From Pseudonocardiaceae bacterium (GTDB lineage: Bacteria > Actinomycetota > Actinomycetes > Mycobacteriales > Pseudonocardiaceae): a stretch of DNA of 64,000 bases. The stretch lies in the NCBI GenBank assembly GCA_036503065.1, contig DASXXM010000151.1:2539-66538 (forward strand), written 5' to 3'. The position numbers and the translations under genes are program-made. This document shows, piece after piece, positions 28,070 to 37,918 of the stretch. How positions within the stretch are numbered: position 1 is the first letter of the stretch; each line of letters opens with the position of its first letter. The notes under the pieces were generated by a model. That model was not told where the DNA came from and searched no databases. It was given only the letters and a program-made list of their open reading frames with translations.

Positions 28070-29484
28070 TGGTTCGTAACTTCCTTCACCGTTGTTGATG
28101 GGACAAGCATCTCGGCGTTCGCCGCCGGAGCAACCGGATTCGTCCGGGCTCCTGGAAGGATTGTAGCCACAACGAGCGACCCGACGCCCGCCACGCAAGC
28201 CGCCGCGACCATCGGGGCCGTCAGATTGTGAAAGCCTGTCGACGCCACACTTCCCATGATCGCGATTCCCAGAGCCCCACCGAGGTTCATCGCCACGTCG
28301 GCGACAGCGGAGCCGGCTGCCGACTGCTCGGCCGATGCGGCGCCTACGATCGATTCCACCGAGGTGGGAGCGCCGAATCCGATGCCGAGTCCGAGTACCC
28401 CGAGTGCGATGAGCACCCGCAGGCCCGACGGAGGCCCGCCGATCGCCATAAGAACCATGGACGCGGCGACCAGCAACGGGCCGAGCGCCGACACCGGTCC
28501 GAGTCCGAACCGCTGTACCAACTTGGGTGCTTGCGGCGCGACAAGAATCACCGTGCACATCCCGAGCAGGTGCAGCCCGGCGATCAGGGGACGGTCGTGC
28601 AAGGTGAGCTGCAAATACTGGGTTACTACGAACAAACCCCCGGTCACCCCGAAGAAGATGGTCGAGATCGTCACGAGCGGTCCGCCGAACAAGCGGTTGG
28701 AGAAGACGGCGTGACTGAGCATCGGGGTGCGCGTGCGCCGCTCCCACCAGATGAAGGTGGCCAGGACAGCAGCGCCACCAACGATGAGTGCCAGCGTGCG
28801 GGCCGACGTCCAGCCCTGTGACGGCGCCTCGATGATGCCGCCGACGAGCGCAAGCGAGCCGACGACCGAGAGCACCAGGCCAGGAATGTCCAAGCCGAGA
28901 TGGTTCTCGTTGCGGGATTCGGGGATCAGCAGCAGGCATCCGACGATCGCGGCGGCGATGATCGGAATATTGATCAGGAAGACCGAGCCCCACCAGAAGT
29001 TCTGCAGCAACAGTCCCCCGACGATCGGGCCCAACGGGACGCCCAGGGTGGCGACGCCCACCCAGAGCCCCATGGCCTTGGCCCGCTCCGCAGGTGGGAA
29101 CACGTCCCGCAGGATCGCGAGGGTGCAGGGCATGATCATGGCCGCACCCAGCCCCATACCGGCTCGGGCCGCGATCAGCATTTCCGGTGACCGGGCGAAG
29201 GCCGCTGCCGATGAGGCGGCGAGAAAGACCAGCAGACCGACGAGAAACCCGCGCCGACGACCGAAACGGTCCGCGAACGCGCCGAAGAAGAGGATCGGCG
29301 CGGCGAAGGCCAGCGCGTAGGCATCCACCGTCCACTGCAGCTGCCCGGTGGACGCGCCGAGCTCGGTTTTGATCGACGGCACCGCCATGGTGATGATCAG
29401 ACTGTCCAGAGCCGTGATGATCAGCGCAAGACACATGACGCCGAGGATCGCCCAACGGCGTGGGTGACCCGTGGTCGAGTTCAT
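28066..29484 (-). CDS. MFS efflux transporter, 14-TM DHA2 (EmrB/QacA)-like
   Basis: 472 aa. It has LDSLIITMAVPSI and the FGRRRGFLVG loop motif. Confidence 0.85.
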
Positions 29485-29526
29485 AGTGGCCTTTCCCGCA
29501 ACGATCAGCTCCTACAACGATCAAAG

Positions 29527-29568
29527 TTGACGTTGTCAATCTAGCGGGGTCGTGTTGACGGCGTCAAC
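29527..29568. promoter_or_regulatory. two palindromic candidate TetR operators in the MFS/TetR divergent region
   Basis: TTGACGTTGTCAA at 29527-29539 and GTTGACGGCGTCAAC at 29554-29568. Both have the form TTGAC-N3-GTCAA. Confidence 0.5.
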
Positions 29569-29585
29569 TACGTACCCTGCATGAT

Positions 29586-30200
29586 GTGAGTCAACCCACG
29601 GGCGATGTAGGCGCCGCGCTGGTGGCTGCGGCCAGCGACCTGCTGACGCGCGGCGGTCCCGAGTTCGTGACCCTGCGCGCGGTCGGCAGGGCAACCGGCG
29701 TGTCGCGCACGGCGCCGTACCGCCACTTCACCGACAAGGATGACCTGCTCAGTGCGGTAGCCGCGGAGAGCATGAATCGTCTCACCGAGGCGATGCGGCA
29801 CGGGGCGGCCGACGAGGCCGCGGGAGGGACGCCACTTTCCCGGGCCTGCCTCGGCTACGCGAGAGCCGCGATGGAGCGACCGGCCCACTATCGCCTCATG
29901 TTCGGCGACTTTCCGATCAACAGGCCGAGTGCGGAGCTCGAACGCGCGGCGGACGAGTGCGCCAAGGTGCTCTACGACCTCGTCGCCGAAGCCCAGAGCG
30001 AGGGCGTTCTCCCCGCGGTCGACGTACGCGAAGTCGGCACGTTGCTGTGGGCGGCACTGCATGGCTTGGTGGACCTCACACTGACTCGCCATCTCCATGA
30101 ACCGCGCACTGTCGACGGCGTCGATGCCATGCCGACCCTTGTCGCGGTTGCCATACAGAACTGGGTCACCGGCAAAGCCGCTCCCCACGTCCGATCGTAA
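29586..30200 (+). CDS. TetR/AcrR-family transcriptional regulator
   Basis: 204 aa. The HTH is TLRAVGRATGVSRTAPYRHFTDKDDLL. It is divergent from the efflux pump. Confidence 0.85.
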   Translation: MSQPTGDVGAALVAAASDLLTRGGPEFVTLRAVGRATGVSRTAPYRHFTDKDDLLSAVAAESMNRLTEAMRHGAADEAAGGTPLSRACLGYARAAMERPAHYRLMFGDFPINRPSAELERAADECAKVLYDLVAEAQSEGVLPAVDVREVGTLLWAALHGLVDLTLTRHLHEPRTVDGVDAMPTLVAVAIQNWVTGKAAPHVRS

Positions 30201-30342
30201 CGCGCTTCGACGGACGCCTCCCGTATTTGGCCACTGTTCGCGTGCAACCCATGGACGCGTTCCGTCGGTCGCAACGAAACCTGGGACTTCCCGTATCGTC
30301 GCCACTGCTCCGATGGAGCCATGGACGAAGGGAAGCCAAAAA

Positions 30343-31296
30343 ATGATGCGGAGAACAAGTCTGGCCGGCCTCGACGTGTCGGCACAGGGACTCGGCTGCA
30401 TGGGTATGAGCGAATGGTATGGCCCGACCGACTGGGACCGGTCGATCTCGACGATCCGGCGCGCTATCGACCTTGGCGTAACGCTTTTCGACACCGCCGA
30501 CATCTATGGTGCCGGTCACAACGAGGTGCTCGTCGGCCGTGCGATCACCGGGCACCCCGACGCCGTGCAGATCGCGACGAAGTTCGGCATCGATCGCAGC
30601 GCGGGCGACGGCAATCGAGTGCATCGCGGCGAGGCCGCCTACGTCAAGCGGTCGTGCGATGCGTCGCTGCTGCGACTCGGTATCGACACGATCGACCTGT
30701 TCTACCTGCACCGACCGCCGGACACCGCAGAAATCGAGGAGACGGTCGGCGCGATGGGTGAGTTGGTGGCCGAAGGCAAGGTGCGCCACCTAGGACTGTC
30801 TGATGTGGATAGTAGTCTGCTGCGCCGGGCACACGCGGTGCACTCGATTGCAGCAGTGCAGACCGAGTACTCGTTGTGGAGCCGCAAGCCCGAGTCGACG
30901 CTGTTGAACACTATGCGCGAGCTGGGTGTCGGGCTGGTGCCGTACGCGCCGCTCGGACGCGGCTTCCTTGCGGGCAGCGTGACCCGTGATTCGCTGGTGG
31001 ACAGTGACATCCGCACATCGCGACCCGCCATGCAGTCCTGGCAGGCGATCCCGTCTATCGCACAGGTCGTGGACTCGATCGCCGAGGCACAGGCGGTGAC
31101 ATCGGCGCAAGTCGCGCTCGCCTGGGTTTATGCCCAGGAGGTCCGCTGGGGCGTCCCCATCGTGCCGATTCCGGGTACGAAACGGGTGGCCTGGCTGGAG
31201 CAGAATGTGCGGGCGATGGACGTATCGCTCACGGACAGTGAGCGCGCCACTCTCGACGGTATTCCGGATCGGTCCGCGGCCGCACAGCAGGCGTAG
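30343..31296 (+). CDS. aldo/keto reductase
   Basis: Starts at MMRRTSLAGLDVSAQGLGCMGMS. Motifs are DTADIYG, IDLFYLHRPD-type and GLSDV. Confidence 0.85.
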   Translation: MMRRTSLAGLDVSAQGLGCMGMSEWYGPTDWDRSISTIRRAIDLGVTLFDTADIYGAGHNEVLVGRAITGHPDAVQIATKFGIDRSAGDGNRVHRGEAAYVKRSCDASLLRLGIDTIDLFYLHRPPDTAEIEETVGAMGELVAEGKVRHLGLSDVDSSLLRRAHAVHSIAAVQTEYSLWSRKPESTLLNTMRELGVGLVPYAPLGRGFLAGSVTRDSLVDSDIRTSRPAMQSWQAIPSIAQVVDSIAEAQAVTSAQVALAWVYAQEVRWGVPIVPIPGTKRVAWLEQNVRAMDVSLTDSERATLDGIPDRSAAAQQA

Positions 31297-31349
31297 CGGA
31301 AGGCCCGGCACGGCTTCGCGGCGTGACGAACGGCACGTTTGGCAGCAAG

Positions 31350-31378
31350 TTGACACCGTCCACGTCACTCGTTAGCGT
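31350..31378 (+). promoter_or_regulatory. sigma-70-like promoter candidate
   Basis: TTGACA, 17 nt, then TAGCGT (TANNNT). It lies about 70 nt upstream of the decayed ACP copy. Confidence 0.35.
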
Positions 31379-31444
31379 GGATCGTGCTGGAAGCTTGGGG
31401 AGCGGCAGCTAGGGGGAGATCAGCATATCGGGAGATGCAGATCA

Positions 31445-31944
31445 ATGTCGATTGATTCGCGCGCATACGAACATAAGACTATTCACGACGTCGTGGTCAA
31501 TCAGATCGCAGCCATCGGCAGGACACCGAGTTAATTTCACGTGACGCGACTCGTCGGACGCGTATAGAACGGCCACATTCGGCCAGGATCTCTGCAAACG
31601 GCTGCACTTCGGCCGGGCGGGAATTCAGTGACCAGACGGGTGGTCGTCACCGGCATCGGCGCGGTCACCCCCTCGGCATCGGCGCCGACACGCTGCACGC
31701 GGCTGCCGTACGCGGCGACAACGGAATTGTCGACGGCATGGGCCGATGTGCGGAATTCGACGGCCAGAAGATGCTCGGCCGCCGCGAAGCGCACCGGATG
31801 GACCGGTTCTGCCAGCTCGCCGTCGCGGCCGTCGATCGGGCCGGCTGGGCCGGCTGGGCCGGCTCGCCGCCGGTGCCGGCGCAGCGGGTGCCGTGTGTGA
31901 TCGGCACCGCGATCGGCGGGCTCAACACGATCGAGTCGCAGCTG
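31445..31944 (+). pseudogene. decayed duplicate of the ACP gene and the first ~320 nt of the KAS II gene
   Basis: MSIDSRAYEHKTIHDVVVNQIAAIG resembles MSAALSGYDRKSVEEFVIEQVEATG. The stretch 31600-31944 aligns by eye to 32600-32945, including the GGGAATTCAGTGA junction. The frame is lost after VVVTGIGAVTP by a 1-nt deletion, and there is a GGGCCGGCT triplication. Confidence 0.75.
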
Positions 31945-32103
31945 GCCACGCCCAGAAGCAGTCCGATCAATCAATGTTCAACCAACTCACCGCGTGGCTG
32001 CGAAATGCGCGTGCACACGATGGCATACGAAGGCAACCTCGACGTCACGAGATACACGTTGACTCCGCACGAAGTGCCGGCTACGCTCGTTCCCAAGCTC
32101 ATA

Positions 32104-32308
32104 TTCATGGGGATTCACTGGGGAATCAACCGCGACCGTGTCTTGAGTCGTGTGGGACAAGCAGATAATTCGTGATTTACCGAATTAGTGTCACTGAATC
32201 GCTGTCTACGGGCAACAGGGGGAACTGAGGCTCGGCTCCGACGGGGTGTGTTCATCGGGTGATTTCATTGGGGAAATCGACCACCAGGGTGTACTGAGTC
32301 GTGCTGAC
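32104..32308 (+). repeat. two ~55-nt direct repeats in the low-GC leader of the AfsA/FAS operon
   Basis: Copy 1 (32104-32158) is TTCATGGGGATTCACTGGGGAATCAACCGCGACCGTGTCTTGAGTCGTGTGGGAC. Copy 2 (32251-32308) is TTCATCGGGTGATTTCATTGGGGAAATCGACCACCAGGGTGTACTGAGTCGTGCTGAC. Confidence 0.6.
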
Positions 32309-32366
32309 GCACGGCTGGTTTGTGGTTGACCAATTTCTGAAAGCGACGAGCGACAAGGGGATAGCT

Positions 32367-32630
32367 ATGTCTGCTGCACTGTCCGGGTACGACCGAAAGT
32401 CGGTCGAGGAATTCGTCATCGAGCAGGTCGAGGCGACCGGCGCCGACCCCGACCTGATCGCCACCACGGCCACCCTCGAATCGCTCGGCCTCGACTCGCT
32501 GGACGTGGTTGAACTCAGCCAGGGCGTCAAGAAGCAGATGGGGATCCCGGTGAGCCCGAAGGACTTCGTCGACGCGCTGACCATCTCCGACGCGATCGCG
32601 GTCATCTGCCGTCAGGCGGGTATTCAGTGA
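32367..32630 (+). CDS. acyl carrier protein
   Basis: 87 aa, with AAGGGG upstream as RBS. The phosphopantetheine site is LGLDSLDVVEL. Confidence 0.85.
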   Translation: MSAALSGYDRKSVEEFVIEQVEATGADPDLIATTATLESLGLDSLDVVELSQGVKKQMGIPVSPKDFVDALTISDAIAVICRQAGIQ

Positions 32631-33832
32631 TTCGACGGGTGGTCGTCACCGGCATTGGCGCGGTCACCCCGCTCGGCATCGGAGCCGACACGTTGCACCT
32701 GGCCGCCGTGCGTGGCGACAGCGGGATCGTCGACGGCGTCGGTCGGTGCCGGGACTTCGACGCGGCGAAGCTGCTCAGCCGCCGCGAGGCGCATCGGATG
32801 GACCGCTTCAGCCAATTCGCCGTCGTCGCCGCGGACGAAGCCGTCGAACAGGCGGGCTGGGCCGGCGCGCCGCCGGTGCCGGCCCAGCGGGTGCCGTGCG
32901 TGATCGGCACCGCGATCGGCGGCCTCAGCACCATCGAGTCGCAGCTCGAGACACTGCGCATCGAGGGTGCCGAGTACGTGTCGCCGCTGACCGTGCCGAT
33001 GCTGATGGGCAATGCCGCCGCGGCACAGCTGTCGATGCGGTACGGCCTGCGCGGCGAAGCCTCCGCGCTGGTCGCGGCGTGCTCCGGCGGGGCGCAGGCC
33101 ATCGTGGCGGGTGTCCGCGCGATCCGCTCCGGCGAGGCCGACGCGGCACTCGTCGGCGGCGCGGAGGCCGCGATCACCGAGTTCACCATGGCGATCTTCA
33201 CCGCTGCCGGCGCGCTGTCGCCGAGCGGGCGATCGGTGCCGTTCGACCGGAAGCGGGACGGCTTCCTACTCGGCGAAGGTGCCGGCGTCCTGGTACTCGA
33301 AGAGGCCGAGGTGGCGCGGGCACGGGGCGCCCGGGTGCTCGGCGAGATCCTGGGCTACGGCGTGACGACCGACGCCTACCACGTGACGGCCCCCGAGCCC
33401 TCCGGCGTCGCGGCCGCGGCCGCGGTGCGCGCCGCACTGGCCGACGGCGGGATCGACGCAGGCCAGGTTGCGTACATCAACGCGCACGGGACCGGCACGG
33501 CACTCAACGACAGCGCGGAGGTGAACGCGTTGCGTGCCGCGCTCGGCGACGCGCTCGCCGGCATCCCGATCTCCTCGACCAAGTCGTATCTCGGCCACCT
33601 GATCGGCGCGGCGGGCGCGGTCGAGGCGATCGCGACGCTACAGGCGCTCCGGCACCGGATCGCGCCACCGACGTGCGGACTCACCGAACCCGACGAGGCC
33701 CTCGGCGAGCTCACGCACGTACCGGCGGCACTGCCACTGGCACGGTCCGGTGCCGACCGTGTCGGGTTGACCAACTCGATGGGCTTCGGCGGTCACAACG
33801 TGACCATCGCGATCAGGGCGTGGGAAAGATGA
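32627..33832 (+). CDS. beta-ketoacyl-ACP synthase II (FabF-type, Cys-His-His)
   Basis: 401 aa with a GTGA overlap onto the ACP gene. Motifs are VAACSGGAQAI, INAHGTGT and KSYLGHLIGAAG. Confidence 0.85.
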   Translation: MIRRVVVTGIGAVTPLGIGADTLHLAAVRGDSGIVDGVGRCRDFDAAKLLSRREAHRMDRFSQFAVVAADEAVEQAGWAGAPPVPAQRVPCVIGTAIGGLSTIESQLETLRIEGAEYVSPLTVPMLMGNAAAAQLSMRYGLRGEASALVAACSGGAQAIVAGVRAIRSGEADAALVGGAEAAITEFTMAIFTAAGALSPSGRSVPFDRKRDGFLLGEGAGVLVLEEAEVARARGARVLGEILGYGVTTDAYHVTAPEPSGVAAAAAVRAALADGGIDAGQVAYINAHGTGTALNDSAEVNALRAALGDALAGIPISSTKSYLGHLIGAAGAVEAIATLQALRHRIAPPTCGLTEPDEALGELTHVPAALPLARSGADRVGLTNSMGFGGHNVTIAIRAWER

Positions 33833-34827
33833 GCGTAGACGTCAGCGACTTGCCGAGACAGCTCAATTGGCCGATGCCCGAGCCGGAACTGCTCGGGATG
33901 CGCAACACGACAACCGTCGATCGGCGCCTCGCGCACAAAGAATCCACCGAACAGGTGTTCATCAACGACGTGGCGCGCGACGGTGAAACGCTCGTCGCGC
34001 TCGGTGAACTACCGCGGTCGCACCGGTTCTTCAATGATTCCGCGATACCGCGCTACGACGCGTTGCTGCTCGCCGAGTTCATTCGACAGGGTGTCGAGGT
34101 CATCGCACACGCGTTGCTCGATGTGCCGCTGACCAGCCAGTTCGTCCTACGTTCGGTAGAACTGGAGCTGGTCGACCGACAGGCGACGGTGATCGGTGAC
34201 CGGGCGATGCCGGTTGTCGTCGCGCTGCCCGCCAGTCAGGTGCGGCGCAATCGCGGCGGCATGGCATACGCGGCGACCGGGCCGGTGTACTGCTTTATCG
34301 ACGGCCGCCCGGCCGCGCGGTTCGGCGGCAAGGTCGGATTCCTGGCCTGTGACACCTACGGCGAAATCCGTGCGGCCGCACCGCTCGGCGTGCCGGGTGG
34401 CTCGGTTGCCGCGTGCGAGCCGCGGGCCGTCGGCAGGCAGTTCCGGGAGAACGTCTTCATCGGCAGGCCGTGGGGATATCCGCGCGGGGCGAAGTGCCTT
34501 GTCGTGCCGCGGCCGCATCCGGCCTTCTTCGACCGGCCGCTGGACCACTACCCCGGCATGATGCTCGCCGAGGCGGCACGCCAACTGGCCGCGAGTTCGC
34601 TGGCCGCGGACGCGCACGTCCCGATCTCGTCCGTGTGCACGGACTATGCCGCCATGGACTTCGTGTCCTTCGCCGAACTCGACACGTCGCCGACTTTGAC
34701 GGTGGTCGACTGGATCGACCTTGACGACGGCGCCGAGCTGACGGTCACCGCCCGGCAAGGCGCCCGCACCATGTCGACGTACACCTTCCGGATGTTCCAC
34801 GACGACTACAGCGAGGATCGGTCATGA
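33829..34827 (+). CDS. AfsA/ScbA-family butenolide/gamma-butyrolactone synthase, second copy
   Basis: Starts at MSVDVSDLPRQ with an ATGA overlap. Signatures are HKESTEQVFINDV...SHRFFNDS and FFDRPLDHYPGMMLAEAARQL. It is hidden inside the artefactual 693-aa ORF 32746..34827. Confidence 0.8.
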   Translation: MSVDVSDLPRQLNWPMPEPELLGMRNTTTVDRRLAHKESTEQVFINDVARDGETLVALGELPRSHRFFNDSAIPRYDALLLAEFIRQGVEVIAHALLDVPLTSQFVLRSVELELVDRQATVIGDRAMPVVVALPASQVRRNRGGMAYAATGPVYCFIDGRPAARFGGKVGFLACDTYGEIRAAAPLGVPGGSVAACEPRAVGRQFRENVFIGRPWGYPRGAKCLVVPRPHPAFFDRPLDHYPGMMLAEAARQLAASSLAADAHVPISSVCTDYAAMDFVSFAELDTSPTLTVVDWIDLDDGAELTVTARQGARTMSTYTFRMFHDDYSEDRS

Positions 34828-35798
34828 CGGCGATCGTGTCCGGGGTCGGCGCCGCGCTGCCCGAGACGGCAGTGGACAACGACGCGTTCGGGGCGCTCGG
34901 CGTCACCGATGAGTGGATCGTCGGCCGAACCGGGGTTCGGCGGCGCTACTGGCTCAAGCCGGACGAGCGACTTGTCGACCTCGCGGCGGCGGCGAGTGCG
35001 ACCGCACTGGCCGACGCCGGGGCCGACGCCGCGGACGTGGACTTCGTGATCGCCGCGACGACGACACCCGACCGCGTCTCACCGGGACTGGCGCCCGAGA
35101 TCGCCCATCTGCTCGGCATTCCGCGGGCCGGCGCGGTCGATATGAACGGGGCGTGCACGGGCTTTCTCTATGCCCTGGACTATGCGCTGAATCGGGTCGA
35201 GGCCGGCTCCGCGGATCGCATTCTCGTCATCGGCGCCGATGCCATGTCACGGATCACCGACGAGTCCGATCGCAATACGGCGGTGCTGTTCGGCGATGCC
35301 GCGGGGGCGGTCGTGGTCGAGGCGGCACGGGGCGCCGCTTGCGACGGCTGCGCCCAGTACCTGTCCTTCGGATCGGCGGGCGAGCACGCCGATTCGCTGT
35401 GCGTGGACCGGGAAACCGGGGTCGTGCGAATGGACGGGGGCGAGGTCTACGCGTACGCCGTTGACGCGATGGCGAACGAGATCGAGGCGGTGCTGCTCGC
35501 CTGTGAGGTCGAACAGGACGATGTCGACCTGCTGGTGTGTCACCAGGCCAACAGCCGGATCGTCAACGCCGTCGCGCGGCGACTGAAATGGGGCGTCGAC
35601 CGCGCCGCCTGTTACGTGGATCAGTTCGGGAACACCTCGTCGGCGTCCATTCCGGTGGCCATGTGGCAGGCGCAGGCCGACGGCAGGCTCAAGCCGGGGC
35701 ACCGGGTCGGGCTCAGCGCCTTCGGGGCCGGATTCACCTGGGGCGCGGGCGTCATCAACTGGAAAGGGTGCGGTCACGCGGGTCAGCAGGCCGGCTGA
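34824..35798 (+). CDS. beta-ketoacyl-ACP synthase III (FabH-type)
   Basis: 324 aa. The Cys-His-Asn triad contexts are MNGACTGFLYAL, LVCHQANSRI and FGNTSSASIP. Confidence 0.85.
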   Translation: MTAIVSGVGAALPETAVDNDAFGALGVTDEWIVGRTGVRRRYWLKPDERLVDLAAAASATALADAGADAADVDFVIAATTTPDRVSPGLAPEIAHLLGIPRAGAVDMNGACTGFLYALDYALNRVEAGSADRILVIGADAMSRITDESDRNTAVLFGDAAGAVVVEAARGAACDGCAQYLSFGSAGEHADSLCVDRETGVVRMDGGEVYAYAVDAMANEIEAVLLACEVEQDDVDLLVCHQANSRIVNAVARRLKWGVDRAACYVDQFGNTSSASIPVAMWQAQADGRLKPGHRVGLSAFGAGFTWGAGVINWKGCGHAGQQAG

Positions 35799-35837
35799 TC
35801 AGAAATAGCCCAGCACAGACCGAGGGAGCGGAGTGAA

Positions 35838-36902
35838 GTGCTTAATCTGGATCACCTGAACGGCTCGGACCACATGCCCGGTTCGACGGCCGCAACCGCG
35901 TTGTCGGTCCGCGATGACGAGGAGACGATACTGCTGCGCGGCTACCGGGCCATGGTCATCGGCCGCCGGTTCGACCAGCAGGCGACCAACCTCGCCAAGC
36001 AGGGTTATCTTGCGGTGTATCCCTCGTCGTACGGACAGGAAGCCTGCCAGATCGGCGCGGTGTCGGCACTGCGTGCGACGGACTGGCTGTTTCCCACGTA
36101 TCGCGACTCGATGGCCATCGTGACGCGAGGCGTCGACCCGGCGCAGACCCTGACTCTGCTGCGCGGTGACTGGCACTGCGGCTACGACCCGGCAGCCACG
36201 CGCACCGCGCCGCACTGCACGCCACTGGCCACCCAGGCATCGCACGCCGTCGGGCTGGCCATGGCGGCGCGACTGGCGGGTGACGACACGGTTGCCGTCG
36301 TGCTCTGCGGCGACGGCTCCACGAGCGAGGGCGACTTCCACGAGGCGGTCAACCTGGCGGCCGTGTTCGCCGCACCCGTGGTGTTCCTGGTGCAGAACAA
36401 CGGATATGCGATCTCGGTCCCGCTGGCCAAGCAGACCAGGGCGCGCTCGCTCGCGGCGAAGGCGCCCGGCTACGGCATCCCGGGGGTCCAGATCGACGGC
36501 AACGACCTGCCCGAGGTGTACGCGGCGATGACGGCGGCCGTCGAGTTGGCGCGCGGCGGTGGCGGGCCCACCCTGATCGAGGCGATCACCTACCGCGTCG
36601 GACCGCACACCAACGCCGACGACCCGTCCCGCTATCGCGACGAGGCCGAGGCACTCGCGTGGCGGCGCAAGGACCCGATCGATCGGCTCGGCGCCACCCT
36701 GCGCGCACGTGGCCTGCTCGACGACGACCTGCAGCAGGCGATCGACGCCGATGCCGAGGAGTTCGCGGCACGGACCCGGCGCACGGTGATCGAGTACCCC
36801 GCGCCGACGGCCGCGGAGATGTTCGCGCACGTGTACGCCGCGTTGCCACCACACCTGGCCGAGCAGGCCGACCGCTACGGCCGCGAAGGCGGTGCCGCAT
36901 GA
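35838..36902 (+). CDS. 2-oxoacid dehydrogenase E1 alpha subunit (BCKDH/PDH type, ThDP-dependent)
   Basis: 354 aa with a GTG start after GAGGGAGCGGAG. The ThDP motif region is CGDGSTSEGDFHEAVNLAAVFAAPVVFLVQNNGYAIS. Confidence 0.85.
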   Translation: MLNLDHLNGSDHMPGSTAATALSVRDDEETILLRGYRAMVIGRRFDQQATNLAKQGYLAVYPSSYGQEACQIGAVSALRATDWLFPTYRDSMAIVTRGVDPAQTLTLLRGDWHCGYDPAATRTAPHCTPLATQASHAVGLAMAARLAGDDTVAVVLCGDGSTSEGDFHEAVNLAAVFAAPVVFLVQNNGYAISVPLAKQTRARSLAAKAPGYGIPGVQIDGNDLPEVYAAMTAAVELARGGGGPTLIEAITYRVGPHTNADDPSRYRDEAEALAWRRKDPIDRLGATLRARGLLDDDLQQAIDADAEEFAARTRRTVIEYPAPTAAEMFAHVYAALPPHLAEQADRYGREGGAA

Positions 36903-37918
36903 CAACGGATGTCGCGTCCACTGTGGACGTCAAGCAGAGGGTTGCCACGGTTTCCATGGTCAAGGCGATCAACACCGCGTTGCGCGACGCGATGCTCGCG
37001 GACGACCGCGTGGTGATGTTCGGCGAGGACGTCGGCCGACTCGGGGGCGTGTTCCGGGTGACCGAGGGACTTTCCGCACGGTTCGGCGATGAGCGCTGTT
37101 TCGACACGCCGATCGCCGAGGCCGGGATTCTCGGCGCGGCGATCGGTATGGCCGTCTACGGCGCCCGGCCCGTGGTGGAGATGCAGTTCGACGCGTTCGC
37201 CTACCCCGCGTTCGAACAGATCATCAGTCACCTGGCCAAGATGCGGAACCGGACGCGGGGCGCGCTCAGCACGCCGGTCGTCGTGCGGGTGCCCTACGGC
37301 GGCGGCATCGGCGCGGTGGAGCACCACAGCGACTCGTCCGAGGCCTACATGACGCACACTCCCGGGCTGCACATCGTGACACCGGCCACGGTGTCCGACG
37401 CGTACGGCCTGTTGCGGCAGGCGATCAGGGGCGCGGACCCGGTGCTGTTCTTCGAGCCGAAGCGCCTGTACTGGGACACCGAGGAACTCGCGTTGCCGGT
37501 CGAAGTGGAGCCGATCGGCCGGGCCGTGGTACGCAGGCCCGGCACCGACGTCACCCTGATCACGTACGGGCCCGCGCTGCCGCTGGCGCTGGCGGCCGCG
37601 GACGCCGCCGCGGAGGCCGGTTACGACGTGGCCGTGGTCGATCTGCGGTCGCTGGTGCCGTTCGACGAGGACACCGTGTGCGATGCGGTGACGAAGACCG
37701 GTCGCGCCGTGGTGGTGCACGAGGCATCGGGATTCGGCGGGTTCGGCGCGGAGGTGGCCGCTCGGGTGACCGAGCGGTGCTTCAACTATCTGGAGGCGCC
37801 GGTGCGCCGGGTGACCGGACTGGACGTGCCGTACCCGCCGCCGCAGTTGGAACGCTTCTACCTGCCGACCGTCGGCCGAATCCTGGACGCCATCGCGACC
37901 ACGTTCGGAGATTCGTAA
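36899..37918 (+). CDS. 2-oxoacid dehydrogenase E1 beta subunit
   Basis: 339 aa with an ATGA overlap. Motifs are FGEDVGRLGGVFRVTEGL and DTPIAEAGILGAAIGMA. Confidence 0.85.
   Translation: MTTDVASTVDVKQRVATVSMVKAINTALRDAMLADDRVVMFGEDVGRLGGVFRVTEGLSARFGDERCFDTPIAEAGILGAAIGMAVYGARPVVEMQFDAFAYPAFEQIISHLAKMRNRTRGALSTPVVVRVPYGGGIGAVEHHSDSSEAYMTHTPGLHIVTPATVSDAYGLLRQAIRGADPVLFFEPKRLYWDTEELALPVEVEPIGRAVVRRPGTDVTLITYGPALPLALAAADAAAEAGYDVAVVDLRSLVPFDEDTVCDAVTKTGRAVVVHEASGFGGFGAEVAARVTERCFNYLEAPVRRVTGLDVPYPPPQLERFYLPTVGRILDAIATTFGDS

Noticed and set aside
29586-30200. TetR protein as the gamma-butyrolactone receptor for the AfsA genes
   Set aside because: It is divergently paired with a DHA2 efflux pump, with two TTGAC-N3-GTCAA operators between them. 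This is the standard local pump-repressor layout. I see no ArpA-type signature, so no receptor call is made.
32746-34827. 693-aa ORF as a single gene
   Set aside because: The first ~360 codons are an out-of-frame read through the KAS II gene (RGRR-rich). The real AfsA-like CDS starts at 33829 with an ATGA overlap.
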